From: Candidatus Electronema halotolerans
GTDB lineage: Bacteria; Desulfobacterota; Desulfobulbia; Desulfobulbales; Desulfobulbaceae
Direction of reading: 5' to 3'
Assembly (NCBI GenBank): GCA_942493095.1
Contig: OW818675.1
Location: forward strand, 1,050,001 to 1,082,000
DNA length: 32,000 nucleotides
Shown: positions 8,106 through 17,651 of the stretch, piece after piece
Layout of the letters: each line of letters starts with the position of its first letter
Numbering within the stretch: the stretch's first letter is position 1
Notes under the pieces: generated by a model
Database searches by the model: none
What the model saw: only the letters and a program-made list of their open reading frames with translations
Told to the model about the DNA's origin: nothing
Translations under genes and position numbers: made by a program

Positions 8106-9272
8106 ATGAAGCAGCCGGAAACAGCCTACTGGGTCGCCTCGATGCTCGGCATGAAAAAAGGGGTCTCCGATCTGAACATCACGGTCGGCAGGCCGCTGCA
8201 AGTCGAAATAGACGGCGCGCTCACGCCAGTGACGGTGGAGCCGCCCGTGGAGGAGCTGACTCCGTTTCAGGCGGAAGTTTTCGCCCTCAACCTGATCAAC
8301 GGCAACCAGCGGCTGCTCAAGGATTTGGTTCAGACCGGCTCCTGCGATCTTTCCTACATGCTGGAGGGCAAGGCCCGCTTCCGCGTCAATGTCTTCACGC
8401 AGAAAAACTGCTACTCCTCCGTCCTGCGAAAGCTGGAAACCAAGATTCCCTCAATTGACGACTTCGGCTTTCCTGAATGCTTCCGCAAAATGGCCAAAGA
8501 ACGCAACGGCCTGATTCTCTTCACCGGTGGCACCGGCACGGGCAAGACCACCTCTTTGGCCTCGATCCTGAATGAGATCAACGAAACCCGCCCTGTGCAT
8601 CTCGTCACCTTGGAAGATCCGATAGAATACGTCCATCAGCATAAAACAGCCACCTTCAACCAACGTGAGCAGGGCGATGACTTTGACACTTTTGCCAGCG
8701 GCCTGCGCGCCGCCTTGCGGCAGGCGCCAAAAGTCATTCTCGTGGGCGAGGTCCGCGACCGGGAAACCTTGGAGATTGCCCTGACCGCTGCCGAGACCGG
8801 CCACGTGGTCTTCTCCTCCCTGCACACCATTGACACCGGCCAGACCATCAACCGCGTCATCGGCATGTTTGACTATGAGGAGCAGGCTCAAATCCGGGTG
8901 CGGCTGGCTGACACCATCCGCTGGATCGTCAGCCAGCGGCTCCTGCCGAAAAAAGGCGGCGGTCGGGTGGCGGCCTTGGAGATACTCCACACCAGCCTGC
9001 GGGTCAAGGACCTGATTCTCAACGGCGAGGACGTGGCTGCGGACAAAACCTTCTATAATGTCGTTGCAGACGGCGTGACCTTGGACATGCGCACCTTTGA
9101 CCAGCATATTCTTCAGCTTTTCACAGATGAGCTAATCACCGAGGATGTCGCCCTGACTTATTGCAGCAACAGTAGCGTGGTCAAGCGGGGCATGGACAAC
9201 ATCCGGGCCGAGCGCGGAGAAACCACCTCCAACATAACCGGCTTGGCAATGGAACAGGAAGAAGAAAAATAA
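8106..9272 (+). CDS. pilT: PilT-family type IV pilus retraction ATPase
   Basis: Walker A GGTGTGKTTS, the Asp box, and the His box GHVVFSSLHT. SD AGGGAG lies 7 nt before ATG 8106. The track ORF starts at 8055. Confidence 0.9.
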   Translation: MKQPETAYWVASMLGMKKGVSDLNITVGRPLQVEIDGALTPVTVEPPVEELTPFQAEVFALNLINGNQRLLKDLVQTGSCDLSYMLEGKARFRVNVFTQKNCYSSVLRKLETKIPSIDDFGFPECFRKMAKERNGLILFTGGTGTGKTTSLASILNEINETRPVHLVTLEDPIEYVHQHKTATFNQREQGDDFDTFASGLRAALRQAPKVILVGEVRDRETLEIALTAAETGHVVFSSLHTIDTGQTINRVIGMFDYEEQAQIRVRLADTIRWIVSQRLLPKKGGGRVAALEILHTSLRVKDLILNGEDVAADKTFYNVVADGVTLDMRTFDQHILQLFTDELITEDVALTYCSNSSVVKRGMDNIRAERGETTSNITGLAMEQEEEK

Positions 9273-9284
9273 CGGAGAAGCACA

Positions 9285-10004
9285 ATGATCAGCAACTGTC
9301 CCCACTGCCAGGGCGCGCTCAAATTCAATGCCGCCCAGCTTGACAAGATCGGCCAAGCCCTCAAGGCCCTCAAGCCGGGTCAGCGGCTGCCGCTCAAATG
9401 TCCGCACTGCACCAAGCCGCTGAATCTTGATGCTGCCGGGAATCCGCCCGGCGCGGCCCCAAAAGCGGCTGCCGCTCCCAAGGCTGCGGAGGCGGTCAAA
9501 CCGCCGCCGCCGCCCAATTTGGAATGGCTGAAGAGCCAGAAAGATGATGATGGAATATTAGGCGGCGGTGCCAGAGACGTGCCCATGGCCTTGGTGCTTC
9601 ATGGTGATGACAACATGCGCCATCTGATCAAGTCTTCGATGGAGGCTCTTGGCTATCAGGCTGTGTCAGTCAATTCAGGGGAGGAAGCCATTCATGAGGC
9701 AAACGCGACCAGCTACGCCTGCATCATCTATCACACCGGTTTTGAACCGGGCGCGCTGAAGGAATCGACGTTTCACAACTACATGCGCAATATGTCCATG
9801 TCCCGGCGGCGCATGATTTACTATATCCTCATGGGACCGGAATTCATCAGCCTCTATGACATCCAAGCCTTGGCCAACAGCGCCAACTTGGTGGTCTCAG
9901 ACAAGGACATGAAAAATTTCCAGCCCATCCTCCACAGAGCCATTCCCTATTACGAGCAGCTCTTCGGCCCGCTGCTGGAGGAACTCAGCGCCTACGGCAA
10001 GTAG
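9285..10004 (+). CDS. zinc-ribbon protein with Pro/Ala linker and C-terminal receiver-like (pseudo-receiver) domain
   Basis: Starts 12 nt after the pilT stop. CPHC..CPHC ribbon, AAPKAAAAPKAAEAVKPPPPP linker, and a CheY-like alpha/beta pattern beginning MALVLHGDD. No obvious phospho-acceptor Asp at the expected position (..ACIIYHTGF). Confidence 0.65.
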   Translation: MISNCPHCQGALKFNAAQLDKIGQALKALKPGQRLPLKCPHCTKPLNLDAAGNPPGAAPKAAAAPKAAEAVKPPPPPNLEWLKSQKDDDGILGGGARDVPMALVLHGDDNMRHLIKSSMEALGYQAVSVNSGEEAIHEANATSYACIIYHTGFEPGALKESTFHNYMRNMSMSRRRMIYYILMGPEFISLYDIQALANSANLVVSDKDMKNFQPILHRAIPYYEQLFGPLLEELSAYGK

Positions 10005-10192
10005 CGGCCAAACAGGGTCTTGGCTGAAAAAAAAGACGGCCCGCCGCAGGAAAGTATTGTTTTGCAGCAAGATATCTGGTAAAAGTCCTTTTTTGCAGCC
10101 GCTGCCTGCGGGAGGCGGCGGAAAGATCAACCATAAACTCATTTTATTTACTGCCGGACAGCCTCGCTGGTCGGCAGAGGAACGGCAAATCC

Positions 10193-11947
10193 ATGACTGA
10201 CAAGGGAATTCAGGCAGCGGCGGCGGAAGAGAATGACATGGAAGATATCAGCTTTGCTGAACTCTTCGAGCAGGAAGACAACAACACGGTGATCAATGTT
10301 CAGGAAGTGGCTATTGGCACGGTTGTTGATGTGAATGCTGACGCAGTGCTCATTGATGTCGGCGACAAGGCGGAAAGCTTCATCCCGATCGGTGAATTCA
10401 GAGGCGATGACCCTGACCGGGTGATCAAGATCGGCGATCAGTTTGAAGTCTTCATCGAAAAGCGGAAAGAGGAAGGCGGCCTGCTGCTGTCCCGCGAAAA
10501 GGCCATCGCCATCAAGGTCTGGGAGGAAATCGCCAGAATTCAGGAGGAGGACGGCACCATTCAGGGCCGGATCGAGAGCCGGGTCAAGGGCGGCATGTCC
10601 GTGGATATCGGGGTGCCCGCCTTCCTGCCCTACTCGCAGATCGACCTCCGTCCGGTCAAGGACATGGACGAGCTGATTGGTGAGAGCTTTGATTTCAAAA
10701 TTCTCAAGTTCAACCGCAAGCGGAACAACGTGGTCATCTCCCGCCGGGCCATTCTGGAGGAGGCGCGGGCCAAGCTGCGCGAGGAGATGCGCTCCACCCT
10801 CAAGGAAGGCCAGGTCATCAGCGGCGCGATCACCAACATCACCGACTACGGCCTGTTCATCGATCTGGGCGGCATGGACGGCCTCTGCCATATCACGGAC
10901 CTGTCTTGGGGCCGGGTCTCGCATCCCTCCAAGCTCTACACCGTGGGTCAGGAGATCGAGGTCAAGGTGCTGAAATACGATCAGGAGACTGACCGGGTTT
11001 CTCTGGGCGTGAAGCAGCTTCGTCAGGATCCGTGGGAGACCGTGCCGGAGACCTATCCGTCAGGCAAGAAAGTGACCGGCAAGGTGGTTTCCATCACCGA
11101 CTACGGTGCCTTTGTCGAGCTGGAAGAGGGTGTCGAGGGCTTGGTCCATATCTCTGAGATGAGCTGGTCCAAAAAACCGCGTCATCCTTCCAAAATCGTC
11201 AGCGTCAGCGCGGAAATCGAAGTGCAGGTGCTCAAGGTTGAGGCCGAGACCAAACGCATTTCCCTTGGCATGAAGCAGCTCCAGCCCAATCCGTGGGATT
11301 TGGTCGAGGAAAGCTATCCCATCGGGGCGATCATTGAGGGCAAGATCAAGAACATCACTGACTTCGGCATTTTCATCGGCATTGAGGAGGGCATTGACGG
11401 CCTGATTCATGTCTCTGACTTGTCGTGGACAGAACGGATCAAGCATCCTTCGGAAAAGTATGCCAAGGGCGAGTCCATTCAAGCCGTGGTCTTGAAAATC
11501 GACAAGGAGAACGAGCGCTTCTCTCTGGGTGTCAAGCAGCTCAAGCCGGATCCGTGGCAGGAGGTGTTTGTCAACTATCCGATTGGCAGCACAGTGGAGG
11601 GCACGATCACCAATGTGACCGAGTTCGGCATTTTTGTCCAGCTGGAGGAAGGCATTGAAGGTCTGGTGCATGTCTCTGAGATCAGCAGGGACAAGGTCAA
11701 GACCCCGGTCGGCCAGTTCAATATTGGCGACACCTTGAAGACCACAGTCATCAATGTTTCTTCGGAAGACCGCAAGATCGGTCTTTCTCTCAAGGCCTTT
11801 GAGGAGGAGGAGGACAGCAGCGGCGGAGAGAGTGCCAAAACTGCCGGGACTGAAGAAGCGGCGCCCAAGGCGCAGAAAAGCTCCGGGCCTTCGACTTTCG
11901 GAGACCTGCTCAAAGCAGCGGCAGCATCAGGGGATACAGAGGAATAA
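10193..11947 (+). CDS. rpsA: 30S ribosomal protein S1
   Basis: 584 aa with six S1/OB repeats (recurrent G.V..ITD(Y/F)G.F(V/I)..). Conserved rpsA-ihfB synteny. Confidence 0.95.
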   Translation: MTDKGIQAAAAEENDMEDISFAELFEQEDNNTVINVQEVAIGTVVDVNADAVLIDVGDKAESFIPIGEFRGDDPDRVIKIGDQFEVFIEKRKEEGGLLLSREKAIAIKVWEEIARIQEEDGTIQGRIESRVKGGMSVDIGVPAFLPYSQIDLRPVKDMDELIGESFDFKILKFNRKRNNVVISRRAILEEARAKLREEMRSTLKEGQVISGAITNITDYGLFIDLGGMDGLCHITDLSWGRVSHPSKLYTVGQEIEVKVLKYDQETDRVSLGVKQLRQDPWETVPETYPSGKKVTGKVVSITDYGAFVELEEGVEGLVHISEMSWSKKPRHPSKIVSVSAEIEVQVLKVEAETKRISLGMKQLQPNPWDLVEESYPIGAIIEGKIKNITDFGIFIGIEEGIDGLIHVSDLSWTERIKHPSEKYAKGESIQAVVLKIDKENERFSLGVKQLKPDPWQEVFVNYPIGSTVEGTITNVTEFGIFVQLEEGIEGLVHVSEISRDKVKTPVGQFNIGDTLKTTVINVSSEDRKIGLSLKAFEEEEDSSGGESAKTAGTEEAAPKAQKSSGPSTFGDLLKAAAASGDTEE

Positions 11948-11980
11948 TCCACTGTTCCTTCATTTCGGATGCAGAAAAAC

Positions 11981-12025
11981 AGAAGGGTCTCGGTTTCCTG
12001 TCCTGCGGGAAGCCAAGGCCCTTCT
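11981..12025 (+). terminator. long hairpin after rpsA (possible attenuator/terminator)
   Basis: AGAAGGG..(11981-11987) pairs with CCCTTCT (12019-12025). About 18 further pairs (including G-U) surround the loop at 12001-12005. It is followed by TCTGATTTC. Confidence 0.35.
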
Positions 12026-12086
12026 TCTGATTTCAGCAGCGACCGGAGGCGAAGGCCGCTCATAAGCAAAAGGAAGCACGATCACT

Positions 12087-12368
12087 ATGCTCAAGCGCGA
12101 ACTGATAAGCGAAGCTGCCGGGCAGCTGGATGAATATTACAAACAGGACATCGCTCAAGCTCTTGATGTCATTCTCGAAGAAATCACCAACGCCCTGACT
12201 GAAGGACGCAGGGTGGAAATTCGCGGCTTTGGCAGCTTTTCGGTGCGCACCCGCAGACCGAGAACGACCAAGAATCCGAAAACCGGCAAAATGATGGATA
12301 TCCCATCTCGGAAAACCCTGCATTTCACCATGAGCAAGTCGCTCAAGGAAGTGCTGATCGAAGAATGA
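12087..12368 (+). CDS. ihfB: integration host factor subunit beta
   Basis: 93 aa. [25 protein letters not shown] matches the IHF-beta arm region (E. coli [25 protein letters not shown]). Confidence 0.9.
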   Translation: [93 protein letters not shown]

Positions 12369-12376
12369 GGCAGGAT

Positions 12377-12397
12377 GCCTGCTGGCCATCAGCAGGC
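12377..12397. terminator. hairpin between convergent ihfB and nadC
   Basis: GCCTGCTG-5nt-CAGCAGGC, an 8-bp perfect stem with no clear U-tract. Confidence 0.3.
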
Positions 12398-12430
12398 CTG
12401 TGCGCGAACAGATCACGTGACTCTTGAAGC

Positions 12431-13282
12431 TTACTGATGAGCTGCGGGCACCGCCCAATCCAAGCCAATATCACAGGCCGGGGCTGAGTGGGTGAGTGCG
12501 CCGACCGAGATAATATCCACCCCGGTCTCGGCAATGGCCCGCACAGTCTGCAAACTGACCCCGCCGGAGGCTTCAACCACTGCCCGTCCGTCAATCAGCT
12601 TCACCGCCTGCCGCATGGCCATTGTGTCCATGTTGTCGAGCATGATGATCTGCACCTTGCAGCCCAGGCATTCCTCCACTTGAGCCAAGGTCTCGGTCTC
12701 CACCTCAATGGCGATAGTGTGCGGCACTGCCGCCCGCGCCCGCTGCACCGCCTCGCTGATTGAGCCGCAGGCGGCAATGTGATTGTCTTTGATCAGCACC
12801 CCGTCGCTGAGGCTGAAGCGGTGATTTCTGCCGCCGCCGCAGCGCACTGCGTATTTTTCCAATAAGCGCAGGCCGGGCGTGGTCTTGCGGGTGTCAGTGA
12901 TCGCGGCCTTGCAGCCCTGCACTGCCTCGACATATTTTCGGGTCAAGGCGGCAATGCCGCAGAGCCGCTGGACTAAGTTCAGGGCCACCCGCTCGCCCCG
13001 CAGCAGGCTTGGCACTGGCCCGCTGATCTTGAGCAGCGTTTCCCCTGCCGCAACCTGCTGGCCATCCGCAGCCAGCGGCTCAACATGCACCTGTTCGTCC
13101 AAAAGGCGGAACACTCTGGCCGCGACAGTCTCCATGCCAGCGGCAATCAGCGGCTCCCGCGCCCGCATCACTGCCGCCGCCCTTTCGCTGCCGGAAAAAA
13201 TCGCTTCCGTGGTGATGTCGCCGTGTTCCAAGTCTTCGCGGACAAAGCCGCGCAGCAGTTCGTCAATAAGAAAAGTGTTCAT
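12431..13282 (-). CDS. nadC: nicotinate-nucleotide diphosphorylase (carboxylating)
   Basis: 283 aa. EDL..GDITT, TRKT.PGLR, KYAV..GGG.NHR and IMLDNM are typical of the QPRTase family. Confidence 0.9.
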   Translation of the reverse strand: MNTFLIDELLRGFVREDLEHGDITTEAIFSGSERAAAVMRAREPLIAAGMETVAARVFRLLDEQVHVEPLAADGQQVAAGETLLKISGPVPSLLRGERVALNLVQRLCGIAALTRKYVEAVQGCKAAITDTRKTTPGLRLLEKYAVRCGGGRNHRFSLSDGVLIKDNHIAACGSISEAVQRARAAVPHTIAIEVETETLAQVEECLGCKVQIIMLDNMDTMAMRQAVKLIDGRAVVEASGGVSLQTVRAIAETGVDIISVGALTHSAPACDIGLDWAVPAAHQ

Positions 13283-13291
13283 CTGTTCAGG

Positions 13292-14326
13292 TCATGCTGA
13301 TTGCGCTGAAGAATGCCAGACCCCGGCAATGGCCGAGCCGCAGTCCGGGCACGTGCCTGCAAGCAGCCGGTTGCGCTGCATAAAGAAGCCGCTGCGCCGG
13401 ATCAGCACTGCCCCGCAGGCAGGACAGACCGTGTCTTCGCCTTCCGGGCTGCGGACATTGCCAAGATAGACAAAATGGAGGCCATTGGCCAAGGCAATCT
13501 GCCGGGCGGCAAGCAAACTGGCCGCTGGAGTCGGCTGGCGGTCAAGCATGGTGTAAGCCGGATGAAACGCGCTCAGATGCCACGGCAGGTCTGGGGAAAG
13601 AGCGTGGATGAAGCGGGCGATCTGCTCCAGTTCGGCAGGCGAGTCATTCAGGCCGGGGATGAGCAAGGTGGTGACTTCCACCCAGACCCCCAGCCCGTGC
13701 AGCAGGCGGACTGTATCCAGCACCGGCTTGAGCCGCGCTCCGCAGATGCGGCGGTAGAAGTCCTCGGAAAAGGCCTTGATGTCAATGTTGATCGCATCTA
13801 AATGCGGGGCCAGGGCGCGGGCGCATTCTTCGGTCATGTAGCCGTTGCTGACAAAGATGTTGGCCAAGCCTCGCTCATGGGCCAGCACCATGCAGTCGCG
13901 GGCAAATTCATAAAAGATGGTCGGCTCAACGTAGGTATAGCTGATGCTCTGACAGCCCTGCTGCTGGGCTGCGGCAATGGTCTCCTCCGGGCTGCGCTGA
14001 CTGCCGATGATGCGGCCTTGGTTCAGGCGAGGGTATTGGGAAATCTGGTGATTCTGGCAATGCGCGCAGGTGAAGTTGCAGCCAACCGTGGCAATGGACC
14101 AGGTGCGGCTGCTAGGCAGGAAATGGTGAAGCGGCTTTTTTTCGACCGGGTCAGCGTTCTCAGCAACCAATCGGCCATAGACCAAGGAATGCAGGCTGCC
14201 GTCCCGATTCTCCCGCACGCCGCAGCGGCCCCGGCTTCCCAGCCTGATCCGGCAGCAATGGGCGCAGAGCTGGCAGGAGACTGTGCCGTCCTGTTCGCAG
14301 AATTGCAGTGTCGTGTTCATGGTCAT
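13292..14326 (-). CDS. amrS: AmmeMemoRadiSam system radical SAM enzyme
   Basis: N-terminal CQLCAHCCRI..GRCGVREN, a radical-SAM CxxxCxxC box (CNFTCAHCQN), and a C-terminal CPACG..CPDCG ribbon. Confidence 0.8.
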   Translation of the reverse strand: MTMNTTLQFCEQDGTVSCQLCAHCCRIRLGSRGRCGVRENRDGSLHSLVYGRLVAENADPVEKKPLHHFLPSSRTWSIATVGCNFTCAHCQNHQISQYPRLNQGRIIGSQRSPEETIAAAQQQGCQSISYTYVEPTIFYEFARDCMVLAHERGLANIFVSNGYMTEECARALAPHLDAINIDIKAFSEDFYRRICGARLKPVLDTVRLLHGLGVWVEVTTLLIPGLNDSPAELEQIARFIHALSPDLPWHLSAFHPAYTMLDRQPTPAASLLAARQIALANGLHFVYLGNVRSPEGEDTVCPACGAVLIRRSGFFMQRNRLLAGTCPDCGSAIAGVWHSSAQSA

Positions 14327-14497
14327 TTTCAGAAGACTGTATCGGCATCAGGCTGAGGGACAGTCAGCAGAGATCGCTGCTTTTATTCAGCTTTAGCTGA
14401 AACCATGACTTTCAGTCATCATTGCATTCTATGGGCTTTCATCCCATAGTTATTTGAATCTCCCGCCAGCACCAATAACATCATCCCCAAGCTCCTC

Positions 14498-14695
14498 TTA
14501 TTCCTGCCCGGCATACGGCGGGCATTTGTCAATATGGAAAATGTCAGCTTCTCTGCCCCATTCCAGTTCTCCTTCGGCTAATTTTCTGGCAATATAGGCG
14601 GTGATGATCCAGTGCCGTCCGGCTGCGCTTTCGCTCACAACCACCACAACAACGTGCTTGCCGTTCCGAAAATCAGCATGCCAGCGTTTCTTCAA
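14498..14695 (-). other. small TTG-initiated ORF, possibly a remnant of a toxin-fold (DUF4258-like) gene
   Basis: 65 codons, bounded upstream by an in-frame TGA. GKHVVVVVVSESAAGRHWIITAYIARKL resembles the C-terminal strands of small RelE/DUF4258-fold proteins. There is no SD and no N-terminal half. Confidence 0.2.
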
Positions 14696-14731
14696 TCAGA
14701 CCGAGGTGCTCCTCCGCCTGGCAGCTGCATC

Positions 14732-15829
14732 TCAGACATTGAAGCGGAAGAGCATGCAGTCGCCGTCCTTGACCACATACTCCTTGCCTTCGGAGCGCAG
14801 CAGGCCTTTGTCGCGGGCTGCCGCCTCAGAGCCGCAGGCCACGTAGTCTTCATAGGCAATGACCTCAGCCCGGATGAAGCCGCGCTCGAAATCGCTGTGG
14901 ATTTTGCCTGCCGCGCCCGGCGCAGTGGTTCCCTTGGTGATGGTCCAAGCCCGTGTCTCTTTCTCGCCTACCGTGAAATAGGTGATCAGGCCGAGCAGCT
15001 CGTAACCAGCCCGGATCAGACGGTGCAGGCCCGGCTCCTCCAAGCCCATGTCAGCCAAGAATTCCTGCTGCTCCGCCGCCTCAAGCTGACTCAGCTCCTG
15101 TTCAATCGCTCCGGCAATCATGATCACTGAAGCTCCTTCCTGCTCGGCAGCCGCCCGCAGGCGGTCAACATGCCGATTGCCTGCGGCAATGTCCTGCTCG
15201 CTGACATTGGCCACATAGAGCACCGGCTTGATAGTGAGCAGGCAGAGTTCGCGCAGCAGCTCCTGCTGGGCCTCAGTGTCTGCCTTGACCAAGCGGGCGG
15301 GCTGGCCCTGATCCAAAATTGCTTGCAACTGCTCCAGAAAGGCGGCTTCGGCTATGAACTTCTTGTCCCCGGACTTGGCCTGACTCAGGGTCTTTTTCAG
15401 GCGTTTGCTGACTGTTTCCAGATCAGCCAAGACCAACTCCGTGCTGATGACTTCCGCATCCCGGATCGGGTCAAGCGAGCCGTCAACATGGACAATGTTG
15501 TCGTCCTCAAAGCAGCGCACCACATGCAGCACCGCATCCACTTGGCGGATATGGCCGAGAAACTGATTGCCCAGCCCCTCGCCCTGCGAAGCCCCTTTGA
15601 CTAAGCCGGCAATGTCAACAAACTCCATCTGGGTCGGCACCGTTTTTCGGGTTTTGGCCAAGTCAGACAAGATGTCGAGCCGCTTGTCCGGCATTGGCAC
15701 CACCCCCACATTCGGCTCAATAGTGCAGAAGGGATAGTTTTCCGCTGCAATGGCTGCTGCGGTCAAGGCATTGAAGATGGTTGATTTTCCCACATTGGGC
15801 AGGCCGACTATGCCGCACTGGAACCCCAT
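14732..15829 (-). CDS. ychF: redox-regulated ribosome-binding ATPase YchF
   Basis: 365 aa with G1 [12 protein letters not shown] and the TGS-like C-terminus ..[11 protein letters not shown]. Confidence 0.95.
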   Translation of the reverse strand: MGFQCGIVGLPNVGKSTIFNALTAAAIAAENYPFCTIEPNVGVVPMPDKRLDILSDLAKTRKTVPTQMEFVDIAGLVKGASQGEGLGNQFLGHIRQVDAVLHVVRCFEDDNIVHVDGSLDPIRDAEVISTELVLADLETVSKRLKKTLSQAKSGDKKFIAEAAFLEQLQAILDQGQPARLVKADTEAQQELLRELCLLTIKPVLYVANVSEQDIAAGNRHVDRLRAAAEQEGASVIMIAGAIEQELSQLEAAEQQEFLADMGLEEPGLHRLIRAGYELLGLITYFTVGEKETRAWTITKGTTAPGAAGKIHSDFERGFIRAEVIAYEDYVACGSEAAARDKGLLRSEGKEYVVKDGDCMLFRFNV

Positions 15830-15963
15830 GAATCACCTCGCTCTGCTGCTGAAAAAAGGAATGAGAGAAATTGTGTTCCGGGCAATAAACCATGTCAGGC
15901 GGTTTTGCGGAAGCAATTTTTGCGTGTTGTGTTGTCAAAACAACCAAGACAGGAGAGTTCCCA

Positions 15964-15992
15964 TTGACGGGAGCGGCATTATCGGCTGTAAT
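15964..15992 (+). promoter_or_regulatory. candidate sigma70 promoter for the aminotransferase operon
   Basis: TTGACG (15964-15969), a 17-nt spacer, then TGTAAT (15987-15992). An 8-bp hairpin AGCGGAGA/TCTCCGCT (16005-16033) follows in the predicted 5' UTR. Confidence 0.35.
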
Positions 15993-16064
15993 AGGCCGAC
16001 CGACAGCGGAGACCAGCAGCCCTGTTCTCCGCTCTTCCCCCGAAAAAAGACAGAGAGCTGTATC

Positions 16065-17240
16065 ATGACCATCTCCCGGAAAATGCTCGCCTTTGCTGAA
16101 AGCTCCTCGTGGATTCGCAAAATGTTTGAGCAAGGCGCACGGATGAAGACCGAGTTTGGCCCGGAAAACGTCTTTGACTTCAGCCTCGGCAATCCCGACT
16201 TGTCGCCCCCGCCCCAGTTCTCCCACGTGCTGGCCGAGCTGGTCCGCGACGATACGCCGGGCTGTCATGCCTACATGCCTAACAGCGGTTATCCGCAGGT
16301 CCGCGCAGCTTTGGCCGCCAAGCTGGCGCAGGAGCAGGGCGCGGCTGTCACGGCAAGTGATGTGCTCATGACCTGCGGCGCGGCAGGCGGCCTGAACGTG
16401 ATCATGAAGGCCCTGCTTGATCCGGGTGACGAGGTCATTGTCTTCAGCCCGTATTTTGTCGAATACACCTTCTATGTTGATAATCACGGCGGGGTGCTCA
16501 AGATCGTGCCCACCGATGCCGAGTTCAACCTTGATCTTGCCGCCATTGAGGCCGCCCTGAATGAAAAGACCAAGGCCGTGTTGATCAACAGTCCCAACAA
16601 CCCGACCGGGCAGGTCTATAGCGCGGAGTCGCTGGCCGCGCTGGGCAAGCTGTTAGACAGCACAGGAGAACGGCTGGGCCGCAGCATCTATTTGCTTGCT
16701 GATGAACCCTACCGCAAAATTGTTTATGATGGCATCACAGTGCCGTCGGTCATGGCCGCGAGCCGCAACGCCATTGTCGTTTCTTCGTATTCCAAAGACT
16801 TATCCCTGCCCGGCGAGCGCATCGGCTATGTCGCTGTCCATCCTGAGATGCCGGACAAGGCAGCCCTGCTCAATGCCATGACCTTGGCCAACCGGATTCT
16901 CGGCTTTGTCAATGCCCCGGCCCTGATGCAGCGGGCTGTGGCCCGGCTGCAAGAGGTGAGCGTTGACATGTCCATTTATGCGCGGCGGCGGCAACTTTTC
17001 TGCGAGGTGCTGGACGCGGCAGGCCTGCCCTGCGTCAAGCCCAAGGGCGCATTCTATCTTTTCCCGAAAACGCCGATTGATGACGTGGAATTCTGCAAGC
17101 TGCTGCTGGAGGAAAAAATTCTGGCCGTGCCGGGCCAAGGCTTTGGCAGGCCCGGCCATATTCGGCTGGCCTTCTGTGTCGAGGAGAAGGTGATCAACGG
17201 TGCTGCGGAAGGTTTCAGGCAGGTGATGGCAACACTATGA
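16065..17240 (+). CDS. PLP-dependent class I aminotransferase (AspC/AlaA-like)
   Basis: 391 aa from ATG 16065. FSLGNPD, NSPNNPTG and SYSKDLSLPGERIGY (PLP lysine). The track ORF from 15750 overlaps the ychF start. Confidence 0.9.
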   Translation: MTISRKMLAFAESSSWIRKMFEQGARMKTEFGPENVFDFSLGNPDLSPPPQFSHVLAELVRDDTPGCHAYMPNSGYPQVRAALAAKLAQEQGAAVTASDVLMTCGAAGGLNVIMKALLDPGDEVIVFSPYFVEYTFYVDNHGGVLKIVPTDAEFNLDLAAIEAALNEKTKAVLINSPNNPTGQVYSAESLAALGKLLDSTGERLGRSIYLLADEPYRKIVYDGITVPSVMAASRNAIVVSSYSKDLSLPGERIGYVAVHPEMPDKAALLNAMTLANRILGFVNAPALMQRAVARLQEVSVDMSIYARRRQLFCEVLDAAGLPCVKPKGAFYLFPKTPIDDVEFCKLLLEEKILAVPGQGFGRPGHIRLAFCVEEKVINGAAEGFRQVMATL

Positions 17241-17650
17241 AAACAGTCTCTTATTCATCTTTCACCATACGTAACACCATGAAAAAACTGCTCATCATCC
17301 TGCTGTTCTGTGTTCCCGCATCCGCTTTTGCCAACTCGGCCTGCGACAAGCCGACAAATGACTTTGACGGCCTCTACTGTCTGAACAAAGTCTATCAGGA
17401 GGCGGACAAGGAGCTGAACGACATCTACAAGAAGCTGCGGGAAAAGTTGGACAGCGCAGGCAGAAAGGTGCTCAAGGAGGGCCAGCTTGCTTGGATGGAG
17501 GAGCGGAACAGCACCTGCTCCAGGCATGAAGGCGGCCAGTTCTATGTCAATCTTGACTGCGCTGCCGCCACCACGATCAAGCGCTCCCAGTTTCTTCAAG
17601 ACCGGCTGCGGGAATGCCTCAGCTCCGGCTGCCAGAACAGCAAGTTATAA
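17237..17650 (+). CDS. DUF1311 (LprI-like) secreted protein
   Basis: ATGA overlap with the aminotransferase stop. Signal peptide ..MKKLLIILLFCVPASAFA. The pattern C..L..EL...Y..L......Q..W...R...C is typical of DUF1311. An alternative start is ATG 17279. Confidence 0.7.
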   Translation: MKTVSYSSFTIRNTMKKLLIILLFCVPASAFANSACDKPTNDFDGLYCLNKVYQEADKELNDIYKKLREKLDSAGRKVLKEGQLAWMEERNSTCSRHEGGQFYVNLDCAAATTIKRSQFLQDRLRECLSSGCQNSKL

Positions 17651-17651
17651 C

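Noticed and set aside
10005-10040. Hairpin GCCAA-8nt-TTGGC after the pseudo-receiver gene as a terminator
   Set aside because: On the sense strand it is followed by an A-run, not a T-run, and the stem is only 5 bp.
8451-11671. Large antisense ORFs inside pilT and rpsA (8451-9107, 10148-10924, 11060-11671). The same applies to ORFs inside pcnB (21107-22255), hisS (18451-19158) and cas3 (29313-30977).
   Set aside because: These are typical GC-rich shadow frames opposite well-supported genes. They have no RBS or family motifs.
15750-16064. N-terminal extension of the aminotransferase ORF (496-aa version)
   Set aside because: The extension runs antisense across the ychF start and the promoter region. 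The conserved aminotransferase N-terminus begins at ATG 16065.
17487-17651. 309-aa version of bioC starting at 17487
   Set aside because: It overlaps the DUF1311 gene in another frame. BioC similarity begins only at ..IDKQLVCRRF.. after 17652.
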